Both the position numbers and the translations under genes were made by a program. Positions 19,280 to 29,471 of a stretch of DNA of 64,000 nt are shown here, piece by piece. This DNA is from an uncultured Chloroflexia bacterium (lineage in GTDB: Bacteria > Chloroflexota > Limnocylindria > Limnocylindrales > CSP1-4). Under the pieces are notes generated by a model, which was not told the DNA's origin, did no database searches, and saw nothing but the letters and a program-made list of their open reading frames with translations. Position 1 is the stretch's first letter. Each line of letters begins with the position of its first letter. Location of the stretch: NCBI GenBank assembly GCA_963819655.1, contig CAWFXA010000003.1:128001-192000 (forward strand), in the 5' to 3' direction.

Positions 19280-20281
19280 GTGGGGGAGTCCCCGACTCCC
19301 CCGGCCGCGGTCGGGGCCGACGAGCTGGCTGACGCCGCCATGGGTGGCGATCGCCGGGCCTTGGCGCGCCTGCTGACCGCGGTCGAAAACCGCTCGCCGC
19401 TCGCCGAGGGTGCCCTGCGACGGATGTACCCGCGCGCCGGGCGGGCCCACCTCGTCGGCATCACCGGGCCACCGGGGTCGGGCAAGTCGACCCTGGTCGC
19501 CGCGCTCATCGGGGAGGTGCGGGCCGCCGGTCGCGCCGTGGCGGTCGTGGCCGTGGACCCCTCGTCGCCGATCACCGGTGGCGCCCTGCTCGGTGATCGT
19601 GTACGCATGCAGGCCTACGCCGGCGATCCGGACGTGTTCATCCGCTCGATGGCCGCCCGTGGGCATGCTGGCGGACTTGCCTCGACGACGACCGCGGCGG
19701 CAGCCGTGCTCGACGCGTCGGGCTTCGACCTCGTGCTGATCGAGACCGTCGGGACCGGCCAGAGCGAGGTCGAGGTCGCGGCCGCCGCCGATACGACGGT
19801 CGTCCTCGAGGCGCCCGAGATGGGCGACGAGGTGCAGGCGATCAAGGCCGGCTTGCTCGAGGTGGCCGATCTCGTCGTCGTGAACAAAGGCGACAAGCCG
19901 GGCGCGCTGCGGACCGCTTCGCAGCTCCGGGCGATGCTCGTCCCGACCGTCGGGCGCGGCGACCCGTCCGATCGCCCGGCGCCGAAGCGACCGGAGGTGC
20001 TGGTCACGACCGCGTCGACGGGTGACGGCGTGCCTGAGCTCCTCGCCGCGCTCGATAAGCATCGCTCGAGCGACCGCGAAAGCCTGACGGCCGAGGCTCG
20101 CCGGGCGAGGGCGCTCGCTCAGATCCGCGGCGTCCTCGCCGAGCGCCTCTCGGACCAGCTGCGCGAGCCCGAGCTGGCGCCGCTCGCCGCGTCGCTCGTC
20201 GACGAGGTCGCCGAGCACCGGATGGATCCGTACGCCGCCGCCGATCAGTTGCTGAAGGCCATCGCCAGGGACCACCGTTGA
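19280..20281 (+). CDS. meaB: Mutase chaperone GTPase MeaB
   Basis: GITGPPGSGKST, AVDPSSP.TGGALLGDRVRM, IETVG.GQSE, NKGD. Confidence 0.93.
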   Translation: MGESPTPPAAVGADELADAAMGGDRRALARLLTAVENRSPLAEGALRRMYPRAGRAHLVGITGPPGSGKSTLVAALIGEVRAAGRAVAVVAVDPSSPITGGALLGDRVRMQAYAGDPDVFIRSMAARGHAGGLASTTTAAAAVLDASGFDLVLIETVGTGQSEVEVAAAADTTVVLEAPEMGDEVQAIKAGLLEVADLVVVNKGDKPGALRTASQLRAMLVPTVGRGDPSDRPAPKRPEVLVTTASTGDGVPELLAALDKHRSSDRESLTAEARRARALAQIRGVLAERLSDQLREPELAPLAASLVDEVAEHRMDPYAAADQLLKAIARDHR

Positions 20282-21471
20282 GCGCCGAGCCCGAGCCCAA
20301 ACCGCTCATCACCCGCTCGTTCGTCATCCTAGGTGCCACCTCACTCGTCTTCTTCGTTGCCGGCGGGGTGGTGTTGCCGATCGTCGCGCAATTCGCGACC
20401 GGGCCGCTCCAGACCGATGCGTTCGGGGCCGGGATCGCCTATGGCGCATTCGCGGTCGGCGCGCTGATCCTCCGGCCGGCAGTCGGCTGGGCCGCGGATC
20501 GATTCGGCCGACGTCCGTTGCTCCTGGCCGGTGCGCTCATGTCCGTCGGAGCGCTCGCGTTCCACCTGGTCGTCGACTCGCTTCTGCTGTTCATCGTGGC
20601 GCGGGCGCTCCTCGGCGTCGCCGAGGCCTTCTTCTTCGTGGCAGTGTTCGCCGCAGGTGCCGATCTCGCGCCGGACACGCGCCGCGGCGAGGCCCTGAAC
20701 TTCCTGTCGCTGTCGCTGTACGTCGGACTCGGGATCGGGCCGGCGATCGGCGAGCTCGTCCTGCGGGCCGGAGGGTTCGCGATGGTGTGGATCGTCGCCC
20801 TCTTGCTGACGGCTATCGCGGCGGGCCTCGCGACGCTCGTCCCGGAGACCTCGCCGACCGTGCTCAAGCGCCCGCCCGGTGGTGCTCCGCGATCCCGACT
20901 CATCCACCCAGCGGCTATCTTCCCGGGCATCCTGATCCTCGCCGGCACGACCGGGATGGCCGGATTCCTGGCATTCCTTCCGCTGCACGCTGCGGCCGTC
21001 GGGATGGATGGCGCCGGCTTGCCGCTCGCCATCTATGCCGGACTCGTCATCGGCCTCCGCATCGTGTTCGCCAAGTTGCCCGATCAGGTCGGGCCGGCTC
21101 GCGTCTCGGGTGGAGCGCTGGCCGTCGGAGCGGTCGGGCTGGCGATCCTCGGCCTGTTCCCGAGTCCCACAGGCGTGTTGATCGGCAGCGTGGCCTTCGC
21201 CTCTGGCGTCGCGTTCCTCATGCCCGGGCTCCTGACCCTGGCGGTCTCGCGCGTGTCTGAGATGGAACGAGGGTCCGTCATGGGGACCGCTAGTGCGTTC
21301 CTCGACGTCGCCTTCGGCATCGCGCCGGCGGTCCTCGGCGTGGTCGCCGCCAGTGTCGGATTCGGCGGCGTGTTCTTCGTCGGCGCGGCCGCGTCGGCGT
21401 TCGGGTTCGTGCTCCTGCTGGCCTGGACTGCCCGGTCCCGGGAGAGCCGCGTCGCTAGGCTAGGCACATGA
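20278..21471 (+). CDS. MFS transporter
   Basis: About 12 TM segments, GWAADRFGRR motif A. Confidence 0.88.
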   Translation: MSAEPEPKPLITRSFVILGATSLVFFVAGGVVLPIVAQFATGPLQTDAFGAGIAYGAFAVGALILRPAVGWAADRFGRRPLLLAGALMSVGALAFHLVVDSLLLFIVARALLGVAEAFFFVAVFAAGADLAPDTRRGEALNFLSLSLYVGLGIGPAIGELVLRAGGFAMVWIVALLLTAIAAGLATLVPETSPTVLKRPPGGAPRSRLIHPAAIFPGILILAGTTGMAGFLAFLPLHAAAVGMDGAGLPLAIYAGLVIGLRIVFAKLPDQVGPARVSGGALAVGAVGLAILGLFPSPTGVLIGSVAFASGVAFLMPGLLTLAVSRVSEMERGSVMGTASAFLDVAFGIAPAVLGVVAASVGFGGVFFVGAAASAFGFVLLLAWTARSRESRVARLGT

Positions 21472-22340
21472 CCGCGATCTCCAAGGTCTTCGTCGCGGGC
21501 GGCGGGCTGATGGGCCATGGCATCGCGCAGGTCCACGCCGCGATCGGCAAGCACGTCACGCTGTACGAGCCCGAGATCGCGCGCGCCACGGCGGGCCGCG
21601 AGCGGATCGCCGGCAATCTCCAGCGGGCGGTCGACAAGGGTCGGCTGGAGGCTGCCGACCGCGACGCCACGCTGGCCCGGATCGAGCCGACCGACGACGT
21701 CTCGGGTGTCGCGGCCGCCGACCTCGTCATCGAGGCCGTATTCGAGGATCTCGGCGTCAAGGCGGCGCTGTGGCGCGAGCTCGATGGGCTGGCGTCGCCA
21801 GCCGCCATCTTCGCCTCGAACACGAGCTCGATCGCCATCCGCCGGCTGGCCGAGTCGGTGTCGGGCGAGCGTCGACCGCGCTTCGTCGGGATGCATTTCT
21901 TCAGCCCGGTGCCGGTCATGCCGTTGGTCGAGCTCATCCGGTCTGGCGACACGTCGGCCGAGACCGTCGAAGCGATCCGGGAGCTGTCGGGCGAGCTCGG
22001 CAAGCAGGTCATCGTGTCGGCCGACCGGCCGGGCTTCATCGTGAATCGCATCCTGATGCCGTTCCTGGCCGAGTCGATGCGGGCGCTCGAGCAGGGCGTC
22101 GGCACGGCCGAGGACATCGATACGGGTGCGCGGATCGGCCTGAACCACCCGATGGGGCCGCTCGAGCTGGCCGATTTCATCGGACTCGACGTGTGTCTCG
22201 GGATCATGCGCGTCCTCGAGGACGGGCTGGGGCTGGAGCACCTCCGGCCACCGGGCATCCTGGTCGAGCTGGTCAACGCCGGTCACCTCGGGCAGAAGAC
22301 GGGGCGCGGCTTCTACACGTATCCGCGCGAGCGATCATGA
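21468..22340 (+). CDS. 3-hydroxybutyryl-CoA (3-hydroxyacyl-CoA) dehydrogenase
   Basis: GGGLMGHG, IEAVFE, ASNTSS, GMHFFSP, PGFIVNR, HPMGPLELAD. Confidence 0.92.
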   Translation: MTAISKVFVAGGGLMGHGIAQVHAAIGKHVTLYEPEIARATAGRERIAGNLQRAVDKGRLEAADRDATLARIEPTDDVSGVAAADLVIEAVFEDLGVKAALWRELDGLASPAAIFASNTSSIAIRRLAESVSGERRPRFVGMHFFSPVPVMPLVELIRSGDTSAETVEAIRELSGELGKQVIVSADRPGFIVNRILMPFLAESMRALEQGVGTAEDIDTGARIGLNHPMGPLELADFIGLDVCLGIMRVLEDGLGLEHLRPPGILVELVNAGHLGQKTGRGFYTYPRERS

Positions 22341-23503
22341 CTGCGACCGTCGTGCCCGCGCTCAGCGACGAGGAGCGGCTGCTCCAGTCGACGGCTCGCG
22401 AGTTCGCCGTTCGTGAGGTCGCGCCCGGGGCGATCGAGCGCGACGGGGCGGAGCGCTACGACCGGGCGCTGTTTACAGCGATGGGCACGCTCGGGCTGAC
22501 CGCGGCGCCGTTCCCGACAGACGTCGGCGGTGCCGGGTTCTCGTATCGCGCCTGGACGCTGGTCATGGAGGAGATGGGGGCGGCCGACATGTCGATGGCG
22601 GTGTCGCTGTCGGTGCACATCCTGTCGCAGTACCCGGTCGTGACCTGGGGCACCGACGAGCAGAAGGACCGGTGGCTGCCGGCGATGCAGTCGGGCGAGG
22701 CGCTCGGCGCGTTCGCCTTGACCGAGCCGCATGCCGGGTCGGACGCGTCGGCGATCCGGACGCGGGCGGAACGGACCGATGATGGCGGCTATCGGCTGAC
22801 CGGTACCAAGATCTGGATCTCCAACGCACCGGAGGCGGAGCGCTATCTGGTGTTCGCGACCGTCGACCCGGAGGCCGGCTCCGGTGGGATCACCGCGTTC
22901 CTGGTCGAGAAAGGGATGACCGGGTTTCGGTTCGGGGCGCACGAGCGGAAGATGGGGATCCGGGCGTGTCCGGCGGCCGAGCTCGTGTTCGAGGGCTGCG
23001 ACGTGCCGGCTGGGAACCGGCTCGGCGACGAAGGCGACGGCTACCGGATCGCGCTGTCGGCGCTTGGCGAGGGGCGGATCTCGATCGCGGCGGCGTGCGT
23101 GGGGCTGGCCCGTTCTGGGCTCGAGGCGGCGGCGCGGTACCTCGGAGAGCGGAAGGCCTTCGGCGGGCCGCTTGCCGAGCAGCAGGGGCTGCGCTTCATG
23201 CTGGCGGAGATGGCCCGGGACGTGGCGGGGGCGCGGGCACTCACCCGGGAAGCCGCCGCGGCCAAGGATCGCGGCGAGCCGCTCGCCGAGGTGTCGTCGC
23301 TGGCCAAATGGACCGCCTCCGATGTCGCGATGCGCGTCGCGACCGATGCGGTCCAGCTGTTCGGTGCCAGTGGGTACTCGCGCGAGACCGGCATCGAGCG
23401 CTTGATGCGCGACGCCAAGGGTGCCCAGATATACGAGGGCACGAACCAGATCCACCGCGAGATCGTGGCGGCCGAGGTGTTGAAACGAGCCGGGGTCGGC
23501 TGA
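22337..23503 (+). CDS. Short-chain acyl-CoA dehydrogenase
   Basis: FALTEP.AGSD, GTKIWISN, KMGIRA, IYEGTNQI. Confidence 0.92.
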   Translation: MTATVVPALSDEERLLQSTAREFAVREVAPGAIERDGAERYDRALFTAMGTLGLTAAPFPTDVGGAGFSYRAWTLVMEEMGAADMSMAVSLSVHILSQYPVVTWGTDEQKDRWLPAMQSGEALGAFALTEPHAGSDASAIRTRAERTDDGGYRLTGTKIWISNAPEAERYLVFATVDPEAGSGGITAFLVEKGMTGFRFGAHERKMGIRACPAAELVFEGCDVPAGNRLGDEGDGYRIALSALGEGRISIAAACVGLARSGLEAAARYLGERKAFGGPLAEQQGLRFMLAEMARDVAGARALTREAAAAKDRGEPLAEVSSLAKWTASDVAMRVATDAVQLFGASGYSRETGIERLMRDAKGAQIYEGTNQIHREIVAAEVLKRAGVG

Positions 23504-23543
23504 GTCGCAGCCGTCAGCCGGCCCCGAGCGCGCCGAGCCGCCA

Positions 23544-23701
23544 CCGTTGTGCCTTATCGCCACCACATGACGCTTCGGCACGATATCGACCGCCGAATGA
23601 GTCCGATCCCGGGACCTACATGCGTGGTCGCGGGGCCGCGACACGCTTGACCGGCGCGACACTGCGCCCAAGCGTCAAGACATGACGTTTTGGCAGGAAA
23701 C
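23544..23701. repeat. REPIN-like inverted pair of ~38-nt palindromes overlapping the nuclease gene 3' end
   Basis: Copy A 23544-23581 (..TGCCTTATCGCCA-CCACA-TGACGCTTCGGCAC); inverted copy B 23664-23701 (GCGCCCAAGCGTCA-AGACA-TGACGTTTTGGCAGGAAAC); both match the 40388-40565 element. Confidence 0.7.
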
Positions 23702-24347
23702 CAAGGGCGTCGACCCGCTCGAGCGGATCGCGCAGCCAGCGCTGCACACTCCGACCGTCGATCGGGAACTTGCGCCGGAGGACCGTCCCGTGCGCGGCGA
23801 CGGCCCGGCGGTTCGTTCGGCTGTCCGCGATGACGACCCAGGTGCTGACTGCGATGGGGTCCCAGCCCAGCCCGCGAGCGATGTTGCCCGCAAGGCGACG
23901 ACGCTGATCCATCTTTCCGAGCAACAGCCCGACCTCCACGACCTCGGTCTTGAGCTCGACGACGAGGAGCATCCGCCGGCCCGGGTGCCAGGCAAGGATG
24001 TCGATGATGCCGCGCTCACCGTGGATCGAGAACGACACCTCGGGTTCGATCACCCAGCCTTCGGTCGACGCAAAGAGCCCGGCGACAGCCTCGTGCATAG
24101 CGGCATGGCGTGCGTCGAGCAGTCGCGGAAGGTCCGCGCCATCCCACCGCACGAACACCTCGAGGCGCGCGCCGAGCGTGCTCGCCACCCGTCGGAGCTT
24201 GCCGAGCGGCACGGATGCGGCGCCGCCCCGTTCGATGCGGCCGATCACGGGCGGCGACACCCGAGCGCGCCGAGCGAGATCTACCTGCCGCCATCCCTTC
24301 CGGGTCCGGATCGCGCGGAGCGCGGCACCGATCCGCTGATCTTCCAT
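23616..24347 (-). CDS. XRE-family HTH fused to PD-(D/E)XK nuclease-like domain
   Basis: LRAIRTRKGWRQVDLARRARVS...IGRIERG HTH; EVSFSIHGERGIIDILAW...LVVELKT (E..D..ExK); CATCCT -10 6 nt before ATG 24347. Confidence 0.8.
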   Translation of the reverse strand: MEDQRIGAALRAIRTRKGWRQVDLARRARVSPPVIGRIERGGAASVPLGKLRRVASTLGARLEVFVRWDGADLPRLLDARHAAMHEAVAGLFASTEGWVIEPEVSFSIHGERGIIDILAWHPGRRMLLVVELKTEVVEVGLLLGKMDQRRRLAGNIARGLGWDPIAVSTWVVIADSRTNRRAVAAHGTVLRRKFPIDGRSVQRWLRDPLERVDALGFLPKRHVLTLGRSVAPVKRVAAPRPRM

Positions 24348-24412
24348 CCAGGCAGGATGGAGACACGCCCTTATCTGCGGCTTATCACAGGGCTCCGGCG
24401 TAGAATCGGGCC

Positions 24413-25642
24413 ATGCACGTCCCCAACGGTCAGACATTCATCGTGAGCGCCGCGCGAACGCCGATCGGCAAGTTCGCCGGGGCACTGTCAGCGGTGCCTG
24501 CGACGACGCTTGGCGGCGTCGCGATCCGGGCAGCCGTCGAGCGGGCCGGCCTCGATCCTGCGACCGTCCAGGTCGACGACGTGCTGATGGGCCAGGTCCT
24601 GCAGGCCGGTTCGGGACAAGCGCCCGCGCGCCAGGCCGCACTCAAGGCCGGCCTGCCCGACACCACCAGCGCCACGACGATCAACCGGGTCTGCGGTTCG
24701 GGACTGAAGTCGATCATGCTTGCCGCCGCGGAGATCCGAGCCGGAGACGCGGAGATCGTGGTCGCGGGCGGCATGGAGTCGATGAACGGGGCGCCCTACC
24801 TCCTGCCCGGCGCGCGTTTCGGGCTCCGGCTCGGCAACGCCGAATTGATCGATTCGACCGTCGCCGACGGCCTCTGGTGTTCGATCGAGGACTGCCACAT
24901 GGGCACTCACGCCGAACGGGTCGCCATCAAGGACCACGTGAGCCGCGAGGACCAGGACGCTTTCGCGCTCGCCAGCCACCAGAAGGCGATCGCGGCGATC
25001 GATGCGGGCCGCTTCGAGGCCGAGCTGGCGCCGGTCGTTATCACGGACGCCAAGGGTCGCGAGACCGTCGTCACCGAGGACGAGAACCCGCGCCGCGACA
25101 CGAGCGCCGAGGCCCTCGCGAGGCTCAAGCCGGCGTTCGCGCTGCCCGAGGGCGAGGACCGCGGCGATGCCACGACCGGCACCGTCACTGCCGGGAACGC
25201 GCCCGGGATCACCGATGGCGCGGCCGCGACCGTTGTTGCCAGCGAGCGAGCGGTCGAGCGCCTCGGGTTGAACCCGCTGGCTCGGATCGTCGGCTACGCC
25301 CAGGCCGAGGTGGCGCCGAAATGGCTTTTCCTCGCCCCGGTCGAGGGCGTGAAGCGGCTCCTCGACCGCATCGAGCTGCCGATCGAGGCCTTTGACCTCA
25401 TCGAGATCAACGAGGCGTTCGCTGCGCAGACGCTGGCGGACGGCCGTGAGCTCGGCTTCGACTGGGACAAGGTCAACGTCAACGGTGGTGCGATCGCGCT
25501 CGGCCATCCGATCGGGGCAAGCGGCGCCCGGATCGTGGCCACGCTGCTCCACGAGCTCCAGCGACGAGAGGGCCGGTACGGCCTCGCGACCCTGTGCCTC
25601 GGCGGCGGAGGGTCCGTCGCGATGGCGGTGGAGCGGGTCTGA
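24413..25642 (+). CDS. Acetyl-CoA C-acetyltransferase (thiolase)
   Basis: NRVCGSG, EINEAFA, NGGAIALGHPIGASG, LCLGGG. Confidence 0.94.
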   Translation: MHVPNGQTFIVSAARTPIGKFAGALSAVPATTLGGVAIRAAVERAGLDPATVQVDDVLMGQVLQAGSGQAPARQAALKAGLPDTTSATTINRVCGSGLKSIMLAAAEIRAGDAEIVVAGGMESMNGAPYLLPGARFGLRLGNAELIDSTVADGLWCSIEDCHMGTHAERVAIKDHVSREDQDAFALASHQKAIAAIDAGRFEAELAPVVITDAKGRETVVTEDENPRRDTSAEALARLKPAFALPEGEDRGDATTGTVTAGNAPGITDGAAATVVASERAVERLGLNPLARIVGYAQAEVAPKWLFLAPVEGVKRLLDRIELPIEAFDLIEINEAFAAQTLADGRELGFDWDKVNVNGGAIALGHPIGASGARIVATLLHELQRREGRYGLATLCLGGGGSVAMAVERV

Positions 25643-25646
25643 CCCT

Positions 25647-27929
25647 GTGACCGCCGGGGGACAGCCGTGGACCGTGCGCGTCGCCACATGGAGCGCGCGG
25701 CATAGGTGGCCGGTCGTCCTGCTCTGGTTCGTCTTGACGATCGGGCTCTTCGTCGCCAGCCTGGCGATGGGCGGGACCCTCACCGCGGACGCCGTCGACG
25801 CCGATAACGAGGAGCAGTCGACCTACGAGGCGGCGCGCGCCTTCGACCTGTTCGGCGCGTCGGGGACGGAGGACACGACCCATCTGACCCTGTTCGTCGT
25901 AGGCGATCCGGAACGAACGCTGGACGATGCAGCATTCGCTGCGGATATCGACGACGTCCTGGCGCGGTTGGCCGCCCACACGACCGACATCGATGGCTCG
26001 CCCGCTCCGACCTTCGAGGAGATCGTCGATCCGCGGCTCGCACCGCCCGAGGCTGGCCTCGTCTCGCCGGACCGATCGACCGTCCGGATCGCGGCCGCCG
26101 TGCCCGGCGATGGAGCGGCGCTCGACGCGCGACTCCAGTCGATGCGTGGATTCCTCGACGAGACGCGGGTCGCGCATCCGGGCCTGCGGATCCATTCGCT
26201 CGACGGGACGTTGGCCAACGACGATATCCAGGAGCTCGTCACCGGCGGCCTCGACGCGTCGCTGCGCCTCACGATCCCGCTGACATTCCTCATCCTGCTG
26301 GTCGCGTTCGGCGCGGTCATCGCCGCGATCGTGCCGCTCGTCCTGGCCGTGACCGCGCTGCTGGCCGCGTTCGGCGTCCTGGGCATCTACAGCCAGACCA
26401 TCGATCCGGTCAGTCCGTATGCGAGCCAGCTCATCGTGCTGATCGGCCTGGCGGTCGCCGTCGACTATTCGCTGTTCATGATCACGCGCTTTCGAACCGA
26501 GCGACGACACGGACGCGCCAAACCCGACGCCATCCGGGTCGCCTCGGCCACCGCCGGGCGTGCCGTGTTCTTCTCGGGCCTGGCGGTCATGTTCTCGATC
26601 GCGGGACTGTTCCTGCTCGACGACATCCTCTTCCAGTCGATGGCGATCGGGACGATCGCGGTGGTGCTGATCGCGGTCATCGGCTCGCTCACGTTCCTGC
26701 CGGCCACCCTGGCCATCCTCGGCGACGGGCTGGACCGGCTGCGCATCCCGATCCTGGGACGCGATCGACCAGAGGGCAGCGGCATGTGGGCGACCGTCGT
26801 GCGGGCAGTCATGCGCCGGCCCGTGATCTCCTTCGTGCTTGCCGCCGGGCTGCTCCTGGTGATGGCCGTCCCCGCCCTCCGACTGCACCTGGGCCAGAGC
26901 GACTTCGCCTCGTTCCCGGATTCCATCGATGCTGTCCAGGGCGTGAACCTTCTCGACGAGAAGTGGCCGGAGGGCTCGACGCTGGCCCTCCAGGTCGTCG
27001 TCACGCGGGCGGACGAGCCGGTGACGCAGGCCGCGATCGAAACCCTGCAGGAGCGGCTCCTCGCCATCGACGGACTATCCGGCCCGACCGAGACCCGACC
27101 CTCGGTGGATGGGACTGTGTCGCTCGTATCGGTCGTGATGGCTGGCGGCCAGAACGACCTGCGCAACGCGGAGATCGTTCGCGAGGTACGGGGCACCGTC
27201 GTGCCCGAGGTCTTCGGCGATCTCGACGGTGTCGAAGCGCTCGTCACCGGACGCGCCGCGTTCACCGTGGACGTCGTCGACTTCTACAACGACGGCATGC
27301 CCCAGGTCATCGGCTTCGTGCTGGCGCTGTCGTTCCTGCTGCTCCTCGTGGCATTCCGCTCGATCGTCATCCCGATCAAGGCCATCTTGCTCAACCTGCT
27401 ATCGACCGGCGCCGCATTCGGGCTCCTCGTCCTCGTCTTCCAGGACGGCCATGGCTCGGACCTGCTCGGCTTCAAGCCCGGCCCGATCGAGGCGTTCGTG
27501 CCGGTCTTCATCTTCACGATCCTGTTCGGCCTCTCGATGGACTACCACGTCTTCATCCTGACCCGTATCAAGGAGGCCCGTGATCACGGGCTGTCGTCGA
27601 ACGAGGCGGTCGCGCGTGGCATCGCGATCACGTCCGGGACGATCACAAGCGCCGCGGCGATCATGGTCACCGTCTTCGCCGTCTTCGTGACGCTGGAGCT
27701 GGTGATCATCAAGCAGCTCGGATTCGGGCTGGCGGTCGCGGTCCTGATCGACGCGACCATCGTCCGCAGCGTGTTGCTGCCGGCGACCATGCGCCTGCTC
27801 GGCGAGTGGAACTGGTGGCTGCCGCCGTTCCTGCGCTGGCTGCCGGAGGTCACGATCGAGGGCGACGTGGACGAGCCCGCAGCCGAGCCCGCGGCCGAGC
27901 CGGCCACGGCCGTACACTCGGCGACATGA
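25647..27929 (+). CDS. MMPL family (RND-like) transporter
   Basis: Two TM bundles with LAVAVDYSLF and FGLSMDYHVF motifs, extracytoplasmic loops. Confidence 0.9.
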   Translation: MTAGGQPWTVRVATWSARHRWPVVLLWFVLTIGLFVASLAMGGTLTADAVDADNEEQSTYEAARAFDLFGASGTEDTTHLTLFVVGDPERTLDDAAFAADIDDVLARLAAHTTDIDGSPAPTFEEIVDPRLAPPEAGLVSPDRSTVRIAAAVPGDGAALDARLQSMRGFLDETRVAHPGLRIHSLDGTLANDDIQELVTGGLDASLRLTIPLTFLILLVAFGAVIAAIVPLVLAVTALLAAFGVLGIYSQTIDPVSPYASQLIVLIGLAVAVDYSLFMITRFRTERRHGRAKPDAIRVASATAGRAVFFSGLAVMFSIAGLFLLDDILFQSMAIGTIAVVLIAVIGSLTFLPATLAILGDGLDRLRIPILGRDRPEGSGMWATVVRAVMRRPVISFVLAAGLLLVMAVPALRLHLGQSDFASFPDSIDAVQGVNLLDEKWPEGSTLALQVVVTRADEPVTQAAIETLQERLLAIDGLSGPTETRPSVDGTVSLVSVVMAGGQNDLRNAEIVREVRGTVVPEVFGDLDGVEALVTGRAAFTVDVVDFYNDGMPQVIGFVLALSFLLLLVAFRSIVIPIKAILLNLLSTGAAFGLLVLVFQDGHGSDLLGFKPGPIEAFVPVFIFTILFGLSMDYHVFILTRIKEARDHGLSSNEAVARGIAITSGTITSAAAIMVTVFAVFVTLELVIIKQLGFGLAVAVLIDATIVRSVLLPATMRLLGEWNWWLPPFLRWLPEVTIEGDVDEPAAEPAAEPATAVHSAT

Positions 27930-29464
27930 CCGAGAGCACCGTCCTGGCCTCCGCCGACGCCGGCTCGACGGGTACGCCGACGTCCCGGCATTTCATCGCC
28001 GGCGAGTGGATGGACTCGGTCGGCGGCGGGACGTTCGAGAGCCGCAATCCGGCGGATCGGCGCGACATCATCGGGCGTTTTCAACAGGGCACCGCGGCCG
28101 ATGTCGCGATGGCCACCAAGGCGGCCGAGACCGCGTTTCCGATGTGGCGCCGCACGCCCGCGCCGAAGCGTGGCGAGATCCTGTACGCGTTCGGGGCGCT
28201 CATGGCCACGCACAAGGAGCGGCTCGCCCGCGCCATGGCGCGCGAGATGGGCAAGGTCATCGCCGAGGCCCGCGGTGACGTCCAGGAAGGCATCGACATC
28301 GCATTCCTGATGGCCGGCGAGGGCCGTCGGATGCAAGGCGACACGGTGCCATCGGAGCTGCCCGACAAGTGGGCGATGTCGATCCGTCAGCCGATCGGTG
28401 TCGCCGGGATCATCACGCCCTGGAACTTCCCGATGGCGATCCCGTGCTGGAAGATCATGCCGGCGCTCGTGACCGGGAATACCGTCGTGTTCAAGCCGGC
28501 AAGCGACACGCCCCACTGCGCCACGCTGCTCGTCGAGCTGATGGCTGAGGCCGGGGTTCCGCCGGGCGTCATCAACCTGGTGACCGGCACCGGCGCAGAG
28601 GTCGGGGACGCGATCGTCAGTTCGCCCGATGTCGGCGTGATCTCCTTCACGGGGTCGTCGGCGACGGGCAAGTCGATCGCCGCGACCGCGGCGCAGCGGC
28701 TCAAGCGGCTGTCCCTGGAGATGGGCGGCAAGAACGGCGTGGTCGTCCTGGCCGATGCCGATCTCGATCTCGCCACCGACGGCATCTTGTGGAGCGCGTT
28801 CGGGACGACCGGCCAACGCTGCACGGCGGCGTCACGGGTCATCGTCGAGCGTTCGGTCGTCGAGTCATTGCTGCAGCGCCTCGAGAGCCGTGCGCGAGCC
28901 CTTCGCCTCGGCGATGGCCTCGACGTCGAGACCGATGTCGGGCCGCTGATCAACGCCGCCGCTGTCGATAAGGTCGCCGGCTATGTCGATATCGGTCGTG
29001 GCGAGGGAGAGCTCGTCACCGGCGGCGCACGTGCATCCGACGGCGACCTCGAGCACGGCAACTTCTTCGAACCGACGATCTTCGCAGGCGTCGGGCCGAT
29101 GGACCGCATCGGCCAGGAGGAGATCTTCGGACCGGTCCTCTCGATCATCCCGGTCGACGACTACGGTGCCGCGATGCTCGCCCTGAACCAAACCCGGTAC
29201 GGCCTCTCGTCGAGCATCTTCACGCGCGACGTGAACACGGCATTCCGGGCGATGCGCGACTTCGAGACCGGCATCGTGTACGTCAATGCCGGCACGACAG
29301 GGGCCGAGGTGCATCTGCCGTTCGGCGGCTGGAAGGAGACCGGCAACGGCCATCGCGAGGCCGGCAGCATCGCGCTGGATACGTACACCGAGTGGAAGTC
29401 GATCTACGTCGACTTCAGCGGTCGACTGCAGCGCGCCCAGATCGACAACCAGACCTCCGGCTGA
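27926..29464 (+). CDS. Aldehyde dehydrogenase
   Basis: ITPWNFP, FTGS, LEMGGKN, GQRCTA catalytic Cys, EEIFGP, PFGG.K. Confidence 0.94.
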   Translation: MTESTVLASADAGSTGTPTSRHFIAGEWMDSVGGGTFESRNPADRRDIIGRFQQGTAADVAMATKAAETAFPMWRRTPAPKRGEILYAFGALMATHKERLARAMAREMGKVIAEARGDVQEGIDIAFLMAGEGRRMQGDTVPSELPDKWAMSIRQPIGVAGIITPWNFPMAIPCWKIMPALVTGNTVVFKPASDTPHCATLLVELMAEAGVPPGVINLVTGTGAEVGDAIVSSPDVGVISFTGSSATGKSIAATAAQRLKRLSLEMGGKNGVVVLADADLDLATDGILWSAFGTTGQRCTAASRVIVERSVVESLLQRLESRARALRLGDGLDVETDVGPLINAAAVDKVAGYVDIGRGEGELVTGGARASDGDLEHGNFFEPTIFAGVGPMDRIGQEEIFGPVLSIIPVDDYGAAMLALNQTRYGLSSSIFTRDVNTAFRAMRDFETGIVYVNAGTTGAEVHLPFGGWKETGNGHREAGSIALDTYTEWKSIYVDFSGRLQRAQIDNQTSG

Positions 29465-29471
29465 CATCGCG

